From positions 250,302 through 314,301 of the forward strand of contig CAWJWM010000027.1 of the NCBI GenBank assembly GCA_963846445.1: DNA of 64,000 nt. Reading direction: 5' to 3'. A program made the position numbers and the translations under genes. The stretch is from an uncultured Verrucomicrobiae bacterium. Lineage in GTDB: Bacteria; Verrucomicrobiota; Verrucomicrobiia; Limisphaerales; J093. How positions within the stretch are numbered: the stretch's first letter is position 1; each line of letters starts with the position of its first letter. Below are positions 39,845-51,847 of the stretch, in pieces. Below the pieces are notes generated by a model. It worked only from the letters and a program-made list of their open reading frames with translations. It searched no databases and was not told the origin of the DNA.

Positions 39845-41437
39845 CTACCGGGCGAGGTCGGTGAACTGATCGGTCTGCTCCTGCCAGGCGCGTTCGAGTT
39901 CGCTCACCTTGTCCGGCATTTGCCCGGCCAGGTTGTGTTGCTCGGCGCGGTCCGTCTCGAGATCGTAGAGATGCCAGGGATCGCCTTTGGCTGCGACGAG
40001 CTTCCAGTCGCCCACACGCACGGCGCGGTTGCCCTCGTGCAGCCACCAGAGACTGTCGCGGGCGATGCCGATGTCCTTGGCGAAAGCGCCTGCCAGACTC
40101 CTGCCGGGCGTTCGAGGAACGGGCTGACCATCCAAGCGACTCGGCTTCTCGATGCCTGCCAGTTCCAGGACGGTGGGCACGATGTCGATGACATGCGCGG
40201 GGGTATGGCGCAGTTCGTTCTTCGCCTGGATGCCGCTCGGCCAGTGCGCGATCAGCGGGGTGCTGATGCCGCCTTCGTGCACCCAGGTCTTGTGCCGGCG
40301 GAAAGGAGTGTTGCAGGCGCTCGAGAAACCGGGGCCCAGGCAAAGGTAAGTGGCGGCGCTGCCGGGCGTGGCCTCCGGATCGTGGCCGCCGTCGCGCACC
40401 ATGATCTCGGCGCTGGCGCCGTTGTCCGAAGCGAAGAAGATCAACGTGTCGTCCCATACGCCCATCTCCTTGAGTTGGCCAAGGACGCGCCCGATCTCCT
40501 GGTCCATGCGGTCGATCATGGCCGCGTGAAGAGCCATCTTGGTGGCTTGAAATCGGCGCTGGGCGAGGGTGAGTTCGCTCCAGGGCAGCGGGCGGTTCAC
40601 CTCGCCGGGGCCGAGCTTCGCCATCGCCTCGGGGAACGCGTAAGGCGGACCCACCTCGGGCTCGAGCGCCGAGAGCGTGGTGCGAACAATCCCCATGTCC
40701 TGCTGCCGCCCGAACCTGGCCGCGCGCATTCTTTCCCATCCGTCAAGATAGCGGTCCCGGTACCTCGCGATGTCCTGTGGAAGGGCGTGAAGCGGAAAGT
40801 GCGGGGCAATGAAGGCGAGATACTGGAAAAACGGTTTGCCGGCGTGGTTCGCGGCGTGGTCTTTCAAACAGGCAATGGCGTGATCGGCGGTGGCGGTGGT
40901 GACGTAGTAGCCTGATTCGTCGGCGGCGGGCGTCACCGGCCGGTCGTCGCGCAAGTTGCCTTTGGCGGTGAAATAGTTGCCGTGATTCCTGACTTGCAGC
41001 GAACGGTCGAAGCCGCCTTCGAGCACACGACCATCGATGTGCCACTTGCCGCTGTGATAGCACCGATAGCCGGCTGATTTCAGGAACTGCGGCAACAGCG
41101 GCGCCCACGAGGGCCGCACTCCTTGGCCGCCCCCAGCCACCTCGGGAAGGGCGTCGCGACGAATCTGCTGGGCGTAATAACCGGTCAACAGGGCGCCGCG
41201 CGTGGGCCAACAGCGCGCGGTGTTGTAGAACTGCGTGAATCGCAGGCCGTTCCTCGCCAGGGAATCGAGGTGCGGCGTCTCGATCTCGCCCCCATAACAG
41301 CCCAGATCGGAGTAACCCATGTCGTCGGCGAGAATGAACAGAACGTTGGGGCGCGTTGCGGCAAAGCACGGGCCGCAAAAAAGCGTCAGGAGTCCAAGCC
41401 ACAGGAGAAAAACCTTCAGGTGCCGCATGGGGTGCAT
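39845..41437 (-). CDS. Arylsulfatase (S1, Cys-type)
   Basis: PNVLFILADDMG, CWPTRGALLTG, GKWH, SDNG. Confidence 0.92.
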   Translation of the reverse strand: MHPMRHLKVFLLWLGLLTLFCGPCFAATRPNVLFILADDMGYSDLGCYGGEIETPHLDSLARNGLRFTQFYNTARCWPTRGALLTGYYAQQIRRDALPEVAGGGQGVRPSWAPLLPQFLKSAGYRCYHSGKWHIDGRVLEGGFDRSLQVRNHGNYFTAKGNLRDDRPVTPAADESGYYVTTATADHAIACLKDHAANHAGKPFFQYLAFIAPHFPLHALPQDIARYRDRYLDGWERMRAARFGRQQDMGIVRTTLSALEPEVGPPYAFPEAMAKLGPGEVNRPLPWSELTLAQRRFQATKMALHAAMIDRMDQEIGRVLGQLKEMGVWDDTLIFFASDNGASAEIMVRDGGHDPEATPGSAATYLCLGPGFSSACNTPFRRHKTWVHEGGISTPLIAHWPSGIQAKNELRHTPAHVIDIVPTVLELAGIEKPSRLDGQPVPRTPGRSLAGAFAKDIGIARDSLWWLHEGNRAVRVGDWKLVAAKGDPWHLYDLETDRAEQHNLAGQMPDKVSELERAWQEQTDQFTDLAR

Positions 41438-41516
41438 GGAGGGACTTTCCTTCGATGCGCACGCGGAATGCAAGGCCGATGTCCGGTCATGCCGTCGCCC
41501 ATCGCAACGTCGGCAC

Positions 41517-41918
41517 TAGAATCCTTGACCGGTGAAACATGGTGTAAACAAGTCAAGTTTTTGCGCTGCGTTAAAGGGGTCAAGGATTCTAACCCGGATT
41601 TATCACCACCTGAAGGAATCATCTGAAATCCGGGCTGTGGCAGAACCGCGCCGGGACAGGGAGAAATGAGGATCTGGTCGTGCAGGAAAACGCAGTCGCG
41701 ACACCGACACTCTGTTGCCTTCGTCCCTTCCTCCACCCCGGCGCGGTTTTGCTTTCTTAGCGCGCATGAGTGCACCTTTCGATGACATCGGCTCCGCGTT
41801 CTTCAGAAGTTGGTGAGAAATGCGCGCTAAGGAGCGAGGCGCGGGAGAGAGGGGCGGGGAAACACGGAGACCTTTCATGCCGATGCGGACTGGGATTTGG
41901 GTTGAGGCGCGCCTCGCT
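41517..41918. repeat. Stacked hairpin array B-C-D-E-A
   Basis: Five adjacent inverted-repeat units; the C-D-E block is inserted at CTAA between B and A. Confidence 0.8.
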
Positions 41919-41940
41919 CAAAGTCCGCAATTCCTACCGC

Positions 41941-43371
41941 TTACTTCGTCCCACTCTCCGCGCCGGATTGCCAGCGTGGCTCCCACTCGGGCAGCGGCGT
42001 CCGCGCAGTCTTGAGGTAGGCGCCGATCCGCTGGGCGATGTCGGGATGCTGCGCGGCGACGTCCGATTGTTCGGCGATGTCGTTGTGCAGATCGAAGAGC
42101 CGCACGGGCGCCTCCGGCCCGCCACTGCGGATGCCCTTCCACCGGCCCCGATAGAGCGCGGCTTGCGTAAACCCGCCTTCGTGGAATTCCCAGTACAGAA
42201 ACTCGTGTTGCGGTTGCTGCCCTGCCTTGCCGAGCAGCGTGGGCACAAGGCTCAGCCCGTCGGTTCGCTCCGGCGCGGGCGCTCGAGCGAGCTCGACGGC
42301 GGTCGGCAGCCAGTCGGCGAAATAGCCGACATGCCCAGACTCGGCGCCGGCCTTCACGTTGCCGGGCCACCACGCCACCAACGGCACCCGGATGCCGCCG
42401 TCGGTGAGACTGCGCTTGATGCCGGTGAACGGGCCGCTCGGGTGAAAGCGCGCGAGGTTGTGCCGGCTCTCGCGGTGCGGACCGTTGTCGCTGGTGAACA
42501 GGACGAGCGTCCGTTCCGCCAAGACCGAGTTGCCGCAATTGCTCGAGCAGACGGCCCACATAGCCATCCAGGCGCGTGATCATCGCCGCGTGCCCTTTGT
42601 CCTGGGGAGGCCAATCTTCCTGGGCGTAGGGCCCGTAATCGGGGACATGCGCCCCGTCCCCGAGAGCGCTCGCCCGCTCGTTGTTCGCGTGCGGGATGAC
42701 CAGGCTCCAATAGAGAAAGAACGGGCGCTCCGGTTTTCGCGGACGAACTCGACCACTTCGTCGGCGAACAGGTCGTCGGCGTACACCTTTGCTTCGGTGG
42801 CGTAACCGGCGCCGTCTTCGCCGACGCGCGTGACGACATTCGGGAGCGCCACGCGCTCTTCTTCGCGCCAAAGAAACTCGGGGAAGTGATTGTGCGCATG
42901 GCGCTGGTTCAGATAGCCGAAAAAGGAATCGAAGCCCTGCCGGCGCGGCAGCCCTGTTTCGGCGGCGCCGATGTCCCCCAAACCCCATTTGCCGACGAGC
43001 GCCGTGCGGTAGCCAGCGCCCCGCAACAGCCCCGCCACGGTGACATCGCCGGGCTGGAGGGCCTGGGCGCCGGGATTCGATCGCCCCGCGTTGCCGCGCA
43101 CGCGCGTGTGGCCGTGGTGCAGGCCCGTCATGAGCACGCTGCGTGACGGCGCACAGACGGTGGCGCCGGCATAGAAGTGGGTGAAACGCATCCCTTCCGC
43201 CGCCATCCGGTCCAGGTGCGGCGTGCGGATGATCTTCTGGCCGTAGCAGCCGAGTTCGGCATAGCCGAGATCGTCGGCCATGATCCAGATCAGGTTCGGT
43301 CTGGCGGCGCTCGCGCCGGGGACAGCGCAAAGCACGATCAGCACAGCCAGCAGGGTGATGTTGTTTCTCAT
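41941..43371 (-). CDS. Arylsulfatase (S1, Cys-type); frameshifted
   Basis: PNLIWIMADDLG, CAPSRSVLMTG, GKWGLG, FTSDNGP, LYWEF. Confidence 0.9.
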
Positions 43372-43411
43372 ACTGGTTCGTCGGGAAGACACACGACACA
43401 CACGCCTCGCC

Positions 43412-43876
43412 GGTCTGAGGCGAAGCCTCGCTAGAATCCTTGACTGGTCGAATATGTTGCGGACAAGTCAAGTTTCTATGCCTCGTTGAAGGGGTCAAGG
43501 ATTCTAAGGAGCGAGGCGCGGGACAGAGGGAAGGGAAGACATGGCGACTGTTCGTGAAGTCGAGGATCGCAAATGGTCCGGGGCGCGCCTCGCTAGCCCG
43601 CATTTCTCACCAACTTTCGATGTCATCTGACCGGTCACCGTCACAGTTTACCTGAAATGCGGGCTCTGAGAAACCCGCGCCCCAAACAGATGGACCCAAT
43701 CTCGACCACACTGTGTCCGCGTGCCCGGGTCGCCCACGCGGCAGGGGCGCGTCCCGGCGTTGATGAACCGATGAGCCAATTCTGCTTGCTGGGCGCGGGT
43801 TTCATGGACCCGGAAATCTCACCCGCGGACTGTCAGGTAGGCCGCGACCGCCCCACTGGTGAGATTTCCGGGCTAG
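43412..43876. repeat. Stacked hairpin array (half A)-B-A-E-D-C
   Basis: Same unit ends as 41517-41918 in a different order; CTAG at 43431, 43593 and 43873. Confidence 0.8.
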
Positions 43877-43918
43877 AGTGACTTGCTTTGTAAAATCTGT
43901 TGTCAATGAGTCAATTTC

Positions 43919-45429
<1,511 letters not shown>

Positions 45430-45433
<4 letters not shown>

Positions 45434-47061
45434 AATCCGCTCAAGGCGATGGCTTCGGCGACGGTCTTGATGCCCGCGGGTTGTTTGCCGTCGAAGGGGC
45501 CGTCGGCGCTGCTCGCCGGGCCAGGTGGCGGGGTCGGCGTATTGGCCGTCGTCCTGGTATTCCTTTTGCAGGCGGGCGATCTCGGCTTTCAGCTCGGCGA
45601 ATTTGGCGGCGATTTCGGGCTTCGCGGCATCGGCTGGGGAATGGAGGAGGTTGCGCTGTTCGGCGGGGTCCTGGGTGAGGTCGAACATCTCGTAGGCGTC
45701 TTGTTTCCAGTAGTGGATGAGCTTGTGGGTGGCGGTGCGGACGCCGAGATGGGCGGCGGTGTTGTGATGGCCGGGGTCGTGGTAGTAGCGGTAGTAGAGG
45801 CTCGTGCGCCAGTCGGCGGGCGCGTCGCCGCGCAGCAGCGGGACCAACGAGCGACCCTGCATCGAAGCGGGAACGGGCAGGCCGGCGAGATCGAGGAATG
45901 TGGGGGCTAGGTCGATGTTGGCGACGATCTGCGCCGGGAGGCAGCCGGCCTTGATGCCGGGGCCGCGGACGAGCAGCGGGACGCGCAGGCCGGGCTCGTA
46001 CATGAAGCGTTTGTCGTAGAGGCCGAGATCGCCGAGATACCAGCCGTTGTCGGCGGAGTAGATGACGATGGTGTTCTTCGCGAGGCCGGTTTGGTCGAGG
46101 TAATCGAGCACCTTGCCGACGCCGTCATCCACGCCCTGCACGCAGGCGAGGTAGTCCTGCATGTAGCGCTGGTACTTCCAGCGGACGAGTTCGTTGCCGG
46201 TCAGCCTTCTGCCGTCGACGTCCAGTTCCATCGGCTTGACGTTGAGCCATTGGTTCCGAGCGGGGCCTTCGAGATCGGCGGGCGGCTCGAGCTTGAGGTC
46301 GCGGCGCGTGAGGTCGCGGGCGACGGTCTGCTCGTTGCGGGGCAGGGCGGCGGGGCGCGTGGCGTAGTCGTCCCAAAGCGTGTCCGGCTCGGGGATCACT
46401 TTGTCCTTGAAGAGCGCCCGGTTTCGCTCATCCGGCTCCCAAGCCCGGTGCGGGGCCTTGTGATGCAGCATGAGAAAGAACGGACTTGTCCAGCGGCCGT
46501 GTTTTGAGCCACTCGAGACCGAGATCGGTGGTGATGTCGGTGCAGTGGCCCTGGATGGTGAGCCGGCGCCCGGGGACGAGGAAGGCCGGATTCCAATAAG
46601 CGCCCTGGCCGGGCAGAACGATCCAGCGGTCGAAGCCGGTGGGATCGGAGCCGAGGTGCCACTTGCCGATCATGCCGGTGTGGTAGCCGCCCGCCTGCAG
46701 CCGCTTGGCCACGTGGTCGCGCGCGCCGTCGAAGCGGTTGAACACCGGCACGCCGTTGAGGTGCGAATACTGCCCGGTGAGCAGCGTGGCGCGGCTGGGC
46801 GTGCAAATGGAATTGACGACGAACGAGTTGACGAAGCGCGCCCCTTCCCGGGCCAGACGATCGATGTGCGGCGTCTGATTCACCTTCGACCCGTAGGCGG
46901 AGATGGCGTGCTGCGCGTGGTCGTCGGAGAAGATGAACAGGATGTTGGGCGCAGCCGGTTTCGGCGGCGCGGGATGACGCGACGGCCAGGGAGAACAGGA
47001 CGACGACCAGGCAGCAGGCGAACCGAGCAGCGGTTCGTTCGGGTTAGCGGAGTCGTTTCAT
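45430..47061 (-). CDS. Sulfatase (N-acetylglucosamine-6-sulfatase-like); frameshifted
   Basis: [41 protein letters not shown]; the stop overlaps the next ATG (ATGA). Confidence 0.88.
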
Positions 47062-48592
47062 GGTTCAGGGAAGTTTTGGTTGAAGCGGCGTGCGACGGTC
47101 CGGATCGACCGGATAGACGGCTTGGTGCTGTTCGAGGGAGGCGATCAGCTTCCGCAAGAGGCGGCGCACCTGGCGGATCTCGGAGCTGGCCAGGTTGTTC
47201 TGCTCGAACGGATCGGTCTTGAGGTTGAAGAGTTGGTAGTGCGCGGTTCAGACGCGAGCCGCGGGAAGTAGTGGTAGATGACCTTCCACTCGCCGTCGCG
47301 CAAGCTCGTCCAGTAGTCGCTGCGATGCGGCGCGTGCGGGTAGTGCATCAGGAACTGTTCCTTGCGGCTGCGGATCGCGCTTCCCGGCGAGCAGCGTGTC
47401 GAGCTCGACCCCGTCGACCACATGGCCGGGCGGCGAGGCGATGCCGGCGAGGCTGCAGGATGGTGGGAAACAGATCCTGCACGGCGGCCTGTTGGCTCTG
47501 GATCGCGCCGGCGGCGATCGGGCAGGCGTCTCTGGTGCGGGTTGCCGGCGCTGGCTTTCGCCCACGCGGCGATGAACGGCACGCGCATGCCGCCTTCGTA
47601 ATGCGCGCCCTTCTTGCCGCGCAACGGCGCGGCGCAGGCGACCTCGTGCGGATGACCGAGCGGGGCGTCGGAGCCGTTGTCGCCGAGGAAGACAGACGAG
47701 CGTGTTCTCCGCGACGCCGAGTCGGTCGAGATGATCGAGGACGTCGCCGAGCGACTTGTCCATGCCCTCGATCAACGTGGCGAAGCGCCTGGGCCTGGGG
47801 CGGCTTGCCGGAGTCGGCGTAGTGCGCGGCGAAACGCGGATCGGAGTCGAACGGCGCGTGAACGGCGTAGTGCGCGAAGTAGAGGAAGAACGGCTGGCCG
47901 GCCTCCACGGCGTCGCTGACGCGCGCGTTGGCTTCGAGGGTCAGCGCCTCGGTGAGGAGACGTCTCGGTGCCGTGGTACTTCTCCAGATGCGGCACGGCC
48001 GGCTGAGGCGCGCGGGGTGCCGTGCCCGTAGTTCATGGTCGCCGTAGTAGCTGCCGGGCGCGCCGATCGAGGCGCCGCCCACGTTGACGTCGAAGCCGAG
48101 GTTGCGCGGCTCGGCCCCCTCGGAATCCCGCGGGCCGAAGTGGCCTTTGCCGACGTGGATCGTGCGGTAGCCCGCGCCGCGCAGCAGGCCGGCAGGGTGA
48201 CGTCGCCCGCTTCAAGCCGCGCCAGTTCCAATCGGGCGGGCCGTTCGGGCCGGCGTTGTCCTGGTCGGGGTTGATCCAGTTGGTGGTGCGATGGCGCGCG
48301 GCGTTCTGGCCGGTCAGGAGTCGAAATGCGCGTGGGCGAGCAGACGCTCATGGCGCAGAAGTTGTTGAACCGGATGCCGCGCGCGGCCAGTCGCTCCATG
48401 TTCGGCGTGCGGTAGTAGTCGTTGAGCGGATAGCGCTTCGGCTGGCCGGACGCGTCGGTGAGAAACGGCACGCGAGGTGTCCATCACGCCCATGTCATCG
48501 ACGAGGAAGACGACGATGTTGGGCTGGCCGGCGGCGAAGCTCTGGCCAGCGCAGACCACCAGCAACGCGACAAGGCAGAAGATTCGCTTCAT
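47058..48592 (-). CDS. Sulfatase (S1, Cys-type); heavily frameshifted
   Basis: Signal peptide; PNIVVFLVDDMG, CSPTR, HYAVHAPF, RGKKG..YEGGMRVP. Confidence 0.85.
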
Positions 48593-48744
48593 AGGTCAGG
48601 TCACGCCGGTTGACAATCTGGCGCGGCGATCGCCCGATTATTGCCCGGGAACGTCCACCGAGACGAGCGAATTCCGTTGCACCCTGGTCGCGAGGATGGC
48701 GGCGGGGATTGTCAGGCGACACAGTTTCAGGTATGCACATCGGC

Positions 48745-50223
48745 ATGCCGCAACGCGTATTGATTGTCGGAGCCGGTCCGGGAGGTCTTGCCACCGCCAT
48801 GCTGCTGGCCAAGGCCGGGCACGAAGTCACGGTGGTGGAGAAGGAGCCGCGCGTGGGAGGGCGCACCTCGCTCATCGAGGGACAAGGCTACCGGTTCGAT
48901 TTGGGCCCGACCTTTTTTCTCTACCCGCAGATTCTCGAGGAGATTTTTGCGGACGTGGGACGCGACCTGCATCGCGAGGTGCCGATGCAGAAGCTCGATC
49001 CGCAATACCGGCTCGTTTTCGGGGCAGGCGGGGAGCTGCTCTGCACAACGGATGTCGAGCGCATGGTCGCCGCGATCGCCAAGTTGGCCCCGGCGGACGC
49101 TCCGCAGTTCCGCCGGTTCATGAACGACAACCGGGTGAAGCTCCAGAAATTCGCGCCGTGTCTGCAGTCGCCGTTCCTGAGTTGGACAGATCTCGTGCAG
49201 CCGCGCCTGCTTGCCGTGCTGCCGTATCTGAAGCCGCTGAAGTCGCTCCATGCCGAGCTGGCCGGGTACTTCCGCGATCCGCGCCTGCAACTGGCCTTCA
49301 CGTTTCAGTCCAAGTACCTCGGGATGTCGCCCTTTCAATGCCCGAGTCTGTTCTCGATTCTCTCCTATCTCGAATACGAACACGGCATCTGGCACCCGAC
49401 CGGCGGGTGCAACGAACTCACGCGCGGCATGGCGCGGGTGGCTCAGGAGCTGGGCGCCCGCATCCGGCTGGCCGAACCCGTCCAGGAAATCCTGTTCGAC
49501 GGCCGGCGGGCAATCGGCGTGCGGACCACGCAAGGGGAACACCGCGCCGATGCAGTGGTGGTGAACGCGGATTTCGGGCACGCGATGACCACACTGGTGC
49601 CGAACCGGCTGCGTCGCCGCTGGACGGACACCGCGATCGCCCGGAAACGGTTCTCGTGTTCGACCTTCATGCTCTATTTGGGCGTCGAAGGACGATGCGA
49701 CGAACTCCAGCACCACAACATCTACATCGCCAGAAACTACCGCCAGAATCTCGAAGACATTGAACAGGGCCATGTCCTCACGGAAGACCCGTCCTTCTAC
49801 GTCGAGAACCCGTCCCGCCTCGACAAGACCATGGCGCCGCCGGGCCACAGCGCGCTCTACGTGCTCCTGCCGGTCAGCCACCAGCATCCGAACATCGACT
49901 GGAACCGCGAGCGCGATCGCTACCGCCAGGTCGCCTTGCGGCAACTGGCCAAACTCGGTTTGACCGACATCGAGAAGCGCATTCGATTCGAGCGGCTCGT
50001 GACTCCCGTGGATTGGGAACAGAAGGTCGGGATCTATCGCGGCGCGACCTTCAACCTGGCGCACAACCTGGGTCAAATGCTGCACCTCAGACCGCGCAAC
50101 CGGTTCGAGGAAGTCGAGCGTCTGTACTTGGTGGGCGGCGGCACGCACCCCGGTAGCGGACTGCCCGTCATCTTCGAATCCGCGCGCATCAGCAGCCGGC
50201 TGCTGTTGCAAGATCTGCGATAA
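48745..50223 (+). CDS. crtI: Phytoene desaturase family (CrtI/CrtN-like) FAD oxidoreductase
   Basis: IVGAGPGGL, GGR, FDLGPT, FQSKYLGMSP, LYLVGGGTHPGSGLP. Confidence 0.85.
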   Translation: MPQRVLIVGAGPGGLATAMLLAKAGHEVTVVEKEPRVGGRTSLIEGQGYRFDLGPTFFLYPQILEEIFADVGRDLHREVPMQKLDPQYRLVFGAGGELLCTTDVERMVAAIAKLAPADAPQFRRFMNDNRVKLQKFAPCLQSPFLSWTDLVQPRLLAVLPYLKPLKSLHAELAGYFRDPRLQLAFTFQSKYLGMSPFQCPSLFSILSYLEYEHGIWHPTGGCNELTRGMARVAQELGARIRLAEPVQEILFDGRRAIGVRTTQGEHRADAVVVNADFGHAMTTLVPNRLRRRWTDTAIARKRFSCSTFMLYLGVEGRCDELQHHNIYIARNYRQNLEDIEQGHVLTEDPSFYVENPSRLDKTMAPPGHSALYVLLPVSHQHPNIDWNRERDRYRQVALRQLAKLGLTDIEKRIRFERLVTPVDWEQKVGIYRGATFNLAHNLGQMLHLRPRNRFEEVERLYLVGGGTHPGSGLPVIFESARISSRLLLQDLR

Positions 50224-50363
50224 GCATCGGGGAATTCACCGTCGAACTCCCGGTTGCCGCCGTCGCGTGCGGAGGTGTTTCCTTGCTGCGACTGAACGGC
50301 GAACCCGGGCGCCCGTCACGCCGCCGCGGATCGAGATGCGCGAAGGCACGTCGATCGGCTCTC

Positions 50364-51540
50364 TCAACCTGTTGACTCGCGCCGAAGCACGAACCTGAAG
50401 ACCGCCCCCCCACCTGGCCCACTTTCGGCCCAGACGCGCCCGCCGTGGGCCTGGACAATATGTTTAACGATGGAAAGGCCCAGCCCCGTTCCGCCTTCTT
50501 CGCGCGAGCGCGCCTTGTCGACTCGATAGAACCTCTCGAACACACGGTGCACGGCCTCAGGCGGCAGTCCCGGACCGTCGTCGGCGATGTGCACTTCGAC
50601 CTCGCCCGCGGACGCAGCCCGCGCACCGACGCGCACGGTGCCGCCGGCGCGCCCGTACTTGATGGCGTTGTCGACGAGATTCGAAAGCACTTGGTGAAGC
50701 CGGTCGCGGTCCGCCGAAACGACAAGCGGCGAGAGAACGCTCGTGAGACTGACTTGTTTCGCAGCCGCGGGAGCCTGGAATTCCTCGAAGACCTCGGCGA
50801 CCAACGACGCGAGGTCGACGGATTCGAGGTTCAGTCGCGAGCGACCAGACTCGAGTTCCGAGATCGTCAGCAGGTCCTGGATCAGGAGGGCCAGGCGCTG
50901 GGCGTTGCGGTCGATGATGCGGAGGAACTTCTCGTTGAGCGCGGGATCGTCCTTGGCGCCATCGAGCAGCGATTCCACGAAACCCTGGATCAATGAGAGC
51001 GGGGTGCGAAGTTCGTGACTCACGTTCGCCACGAATTCCTGCCGGGTGCGCTCGAGGTGTTTGAGTCGCGTCAGGTCCTGGAACACGAAGACCAAACCGG
51101 CGACGGCGTCCCCGCCCTCGAACAGGGCGGCGGCGCTGACCGTGATCCAACGCTCTTCGTCGGCCGGCAGCTTGAGTTCGAGACCGCGGACCACGGGCTC
51201 ATGGGCAAGGCGCTCGACCAGGGCGGCGAGTTCGTGCGATCGAACAACCTCGATCAGAAGGCGCCCGCGGAAATCACCGGTGAAGCCCAAGAGACTGGCG
51301 CACACATCGTTCGCAAGCCGGATGCGCCCGTCCGCATCGAGCAACAGGACCCCGTCCACCATGCTGTCCAGCAGGGCCTGCTGCTGGCGGTGCACCCGTC
51401 TCGCTGCTTCCGCGTGGCGCTGTCGCAGGGCATCGAGTTCCGCCTGCGCGCGCGTCTGTTCACGTTCCAGCCTGCGGCGCCAGCCCAGGTGGGTCGCCAC
51501 CAGGGCCACAGCCAGCAGAAGCAATCAGCGGCAGTTCCAT
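50364..51540 (-). CDS. PhoR-like PAS histidine kinase
   Basis: TM segment, PAS, FVANVSHELRTPL, NLVDNAIKY, DDGPG, FERFYRVDKARSR, GTGLGL. Confidence 0.9.
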
Positions 51541-51847
51541 CAGACAGCCGAAGCTGCTCGATCCAATGTGCCTCTTCCAGGAAAAAGGCAATGGGGTCGC
51601 ATCTAAAGAGTTGACAAATAGGTGTCGCGGTTTTGTGTTCGGGGCCTATGGCGAGGCCGTGGCGGATCGAGGTCGCGGACCACAGGTTGCCCCAGACAGC
51701 GCGGCGTCCATCGAACTCCCCTTCGCAGACGGAGCTCCCGGAGCATCGAACATCTGAAGACTTCGGTTGCGGCTCCGAGCCGCGCTGTGGCTGCGCGCCT
51801 CTATTGCCCGTTGTCTCGATGCGTGGTCTAATGCCGGGGTGACCACG

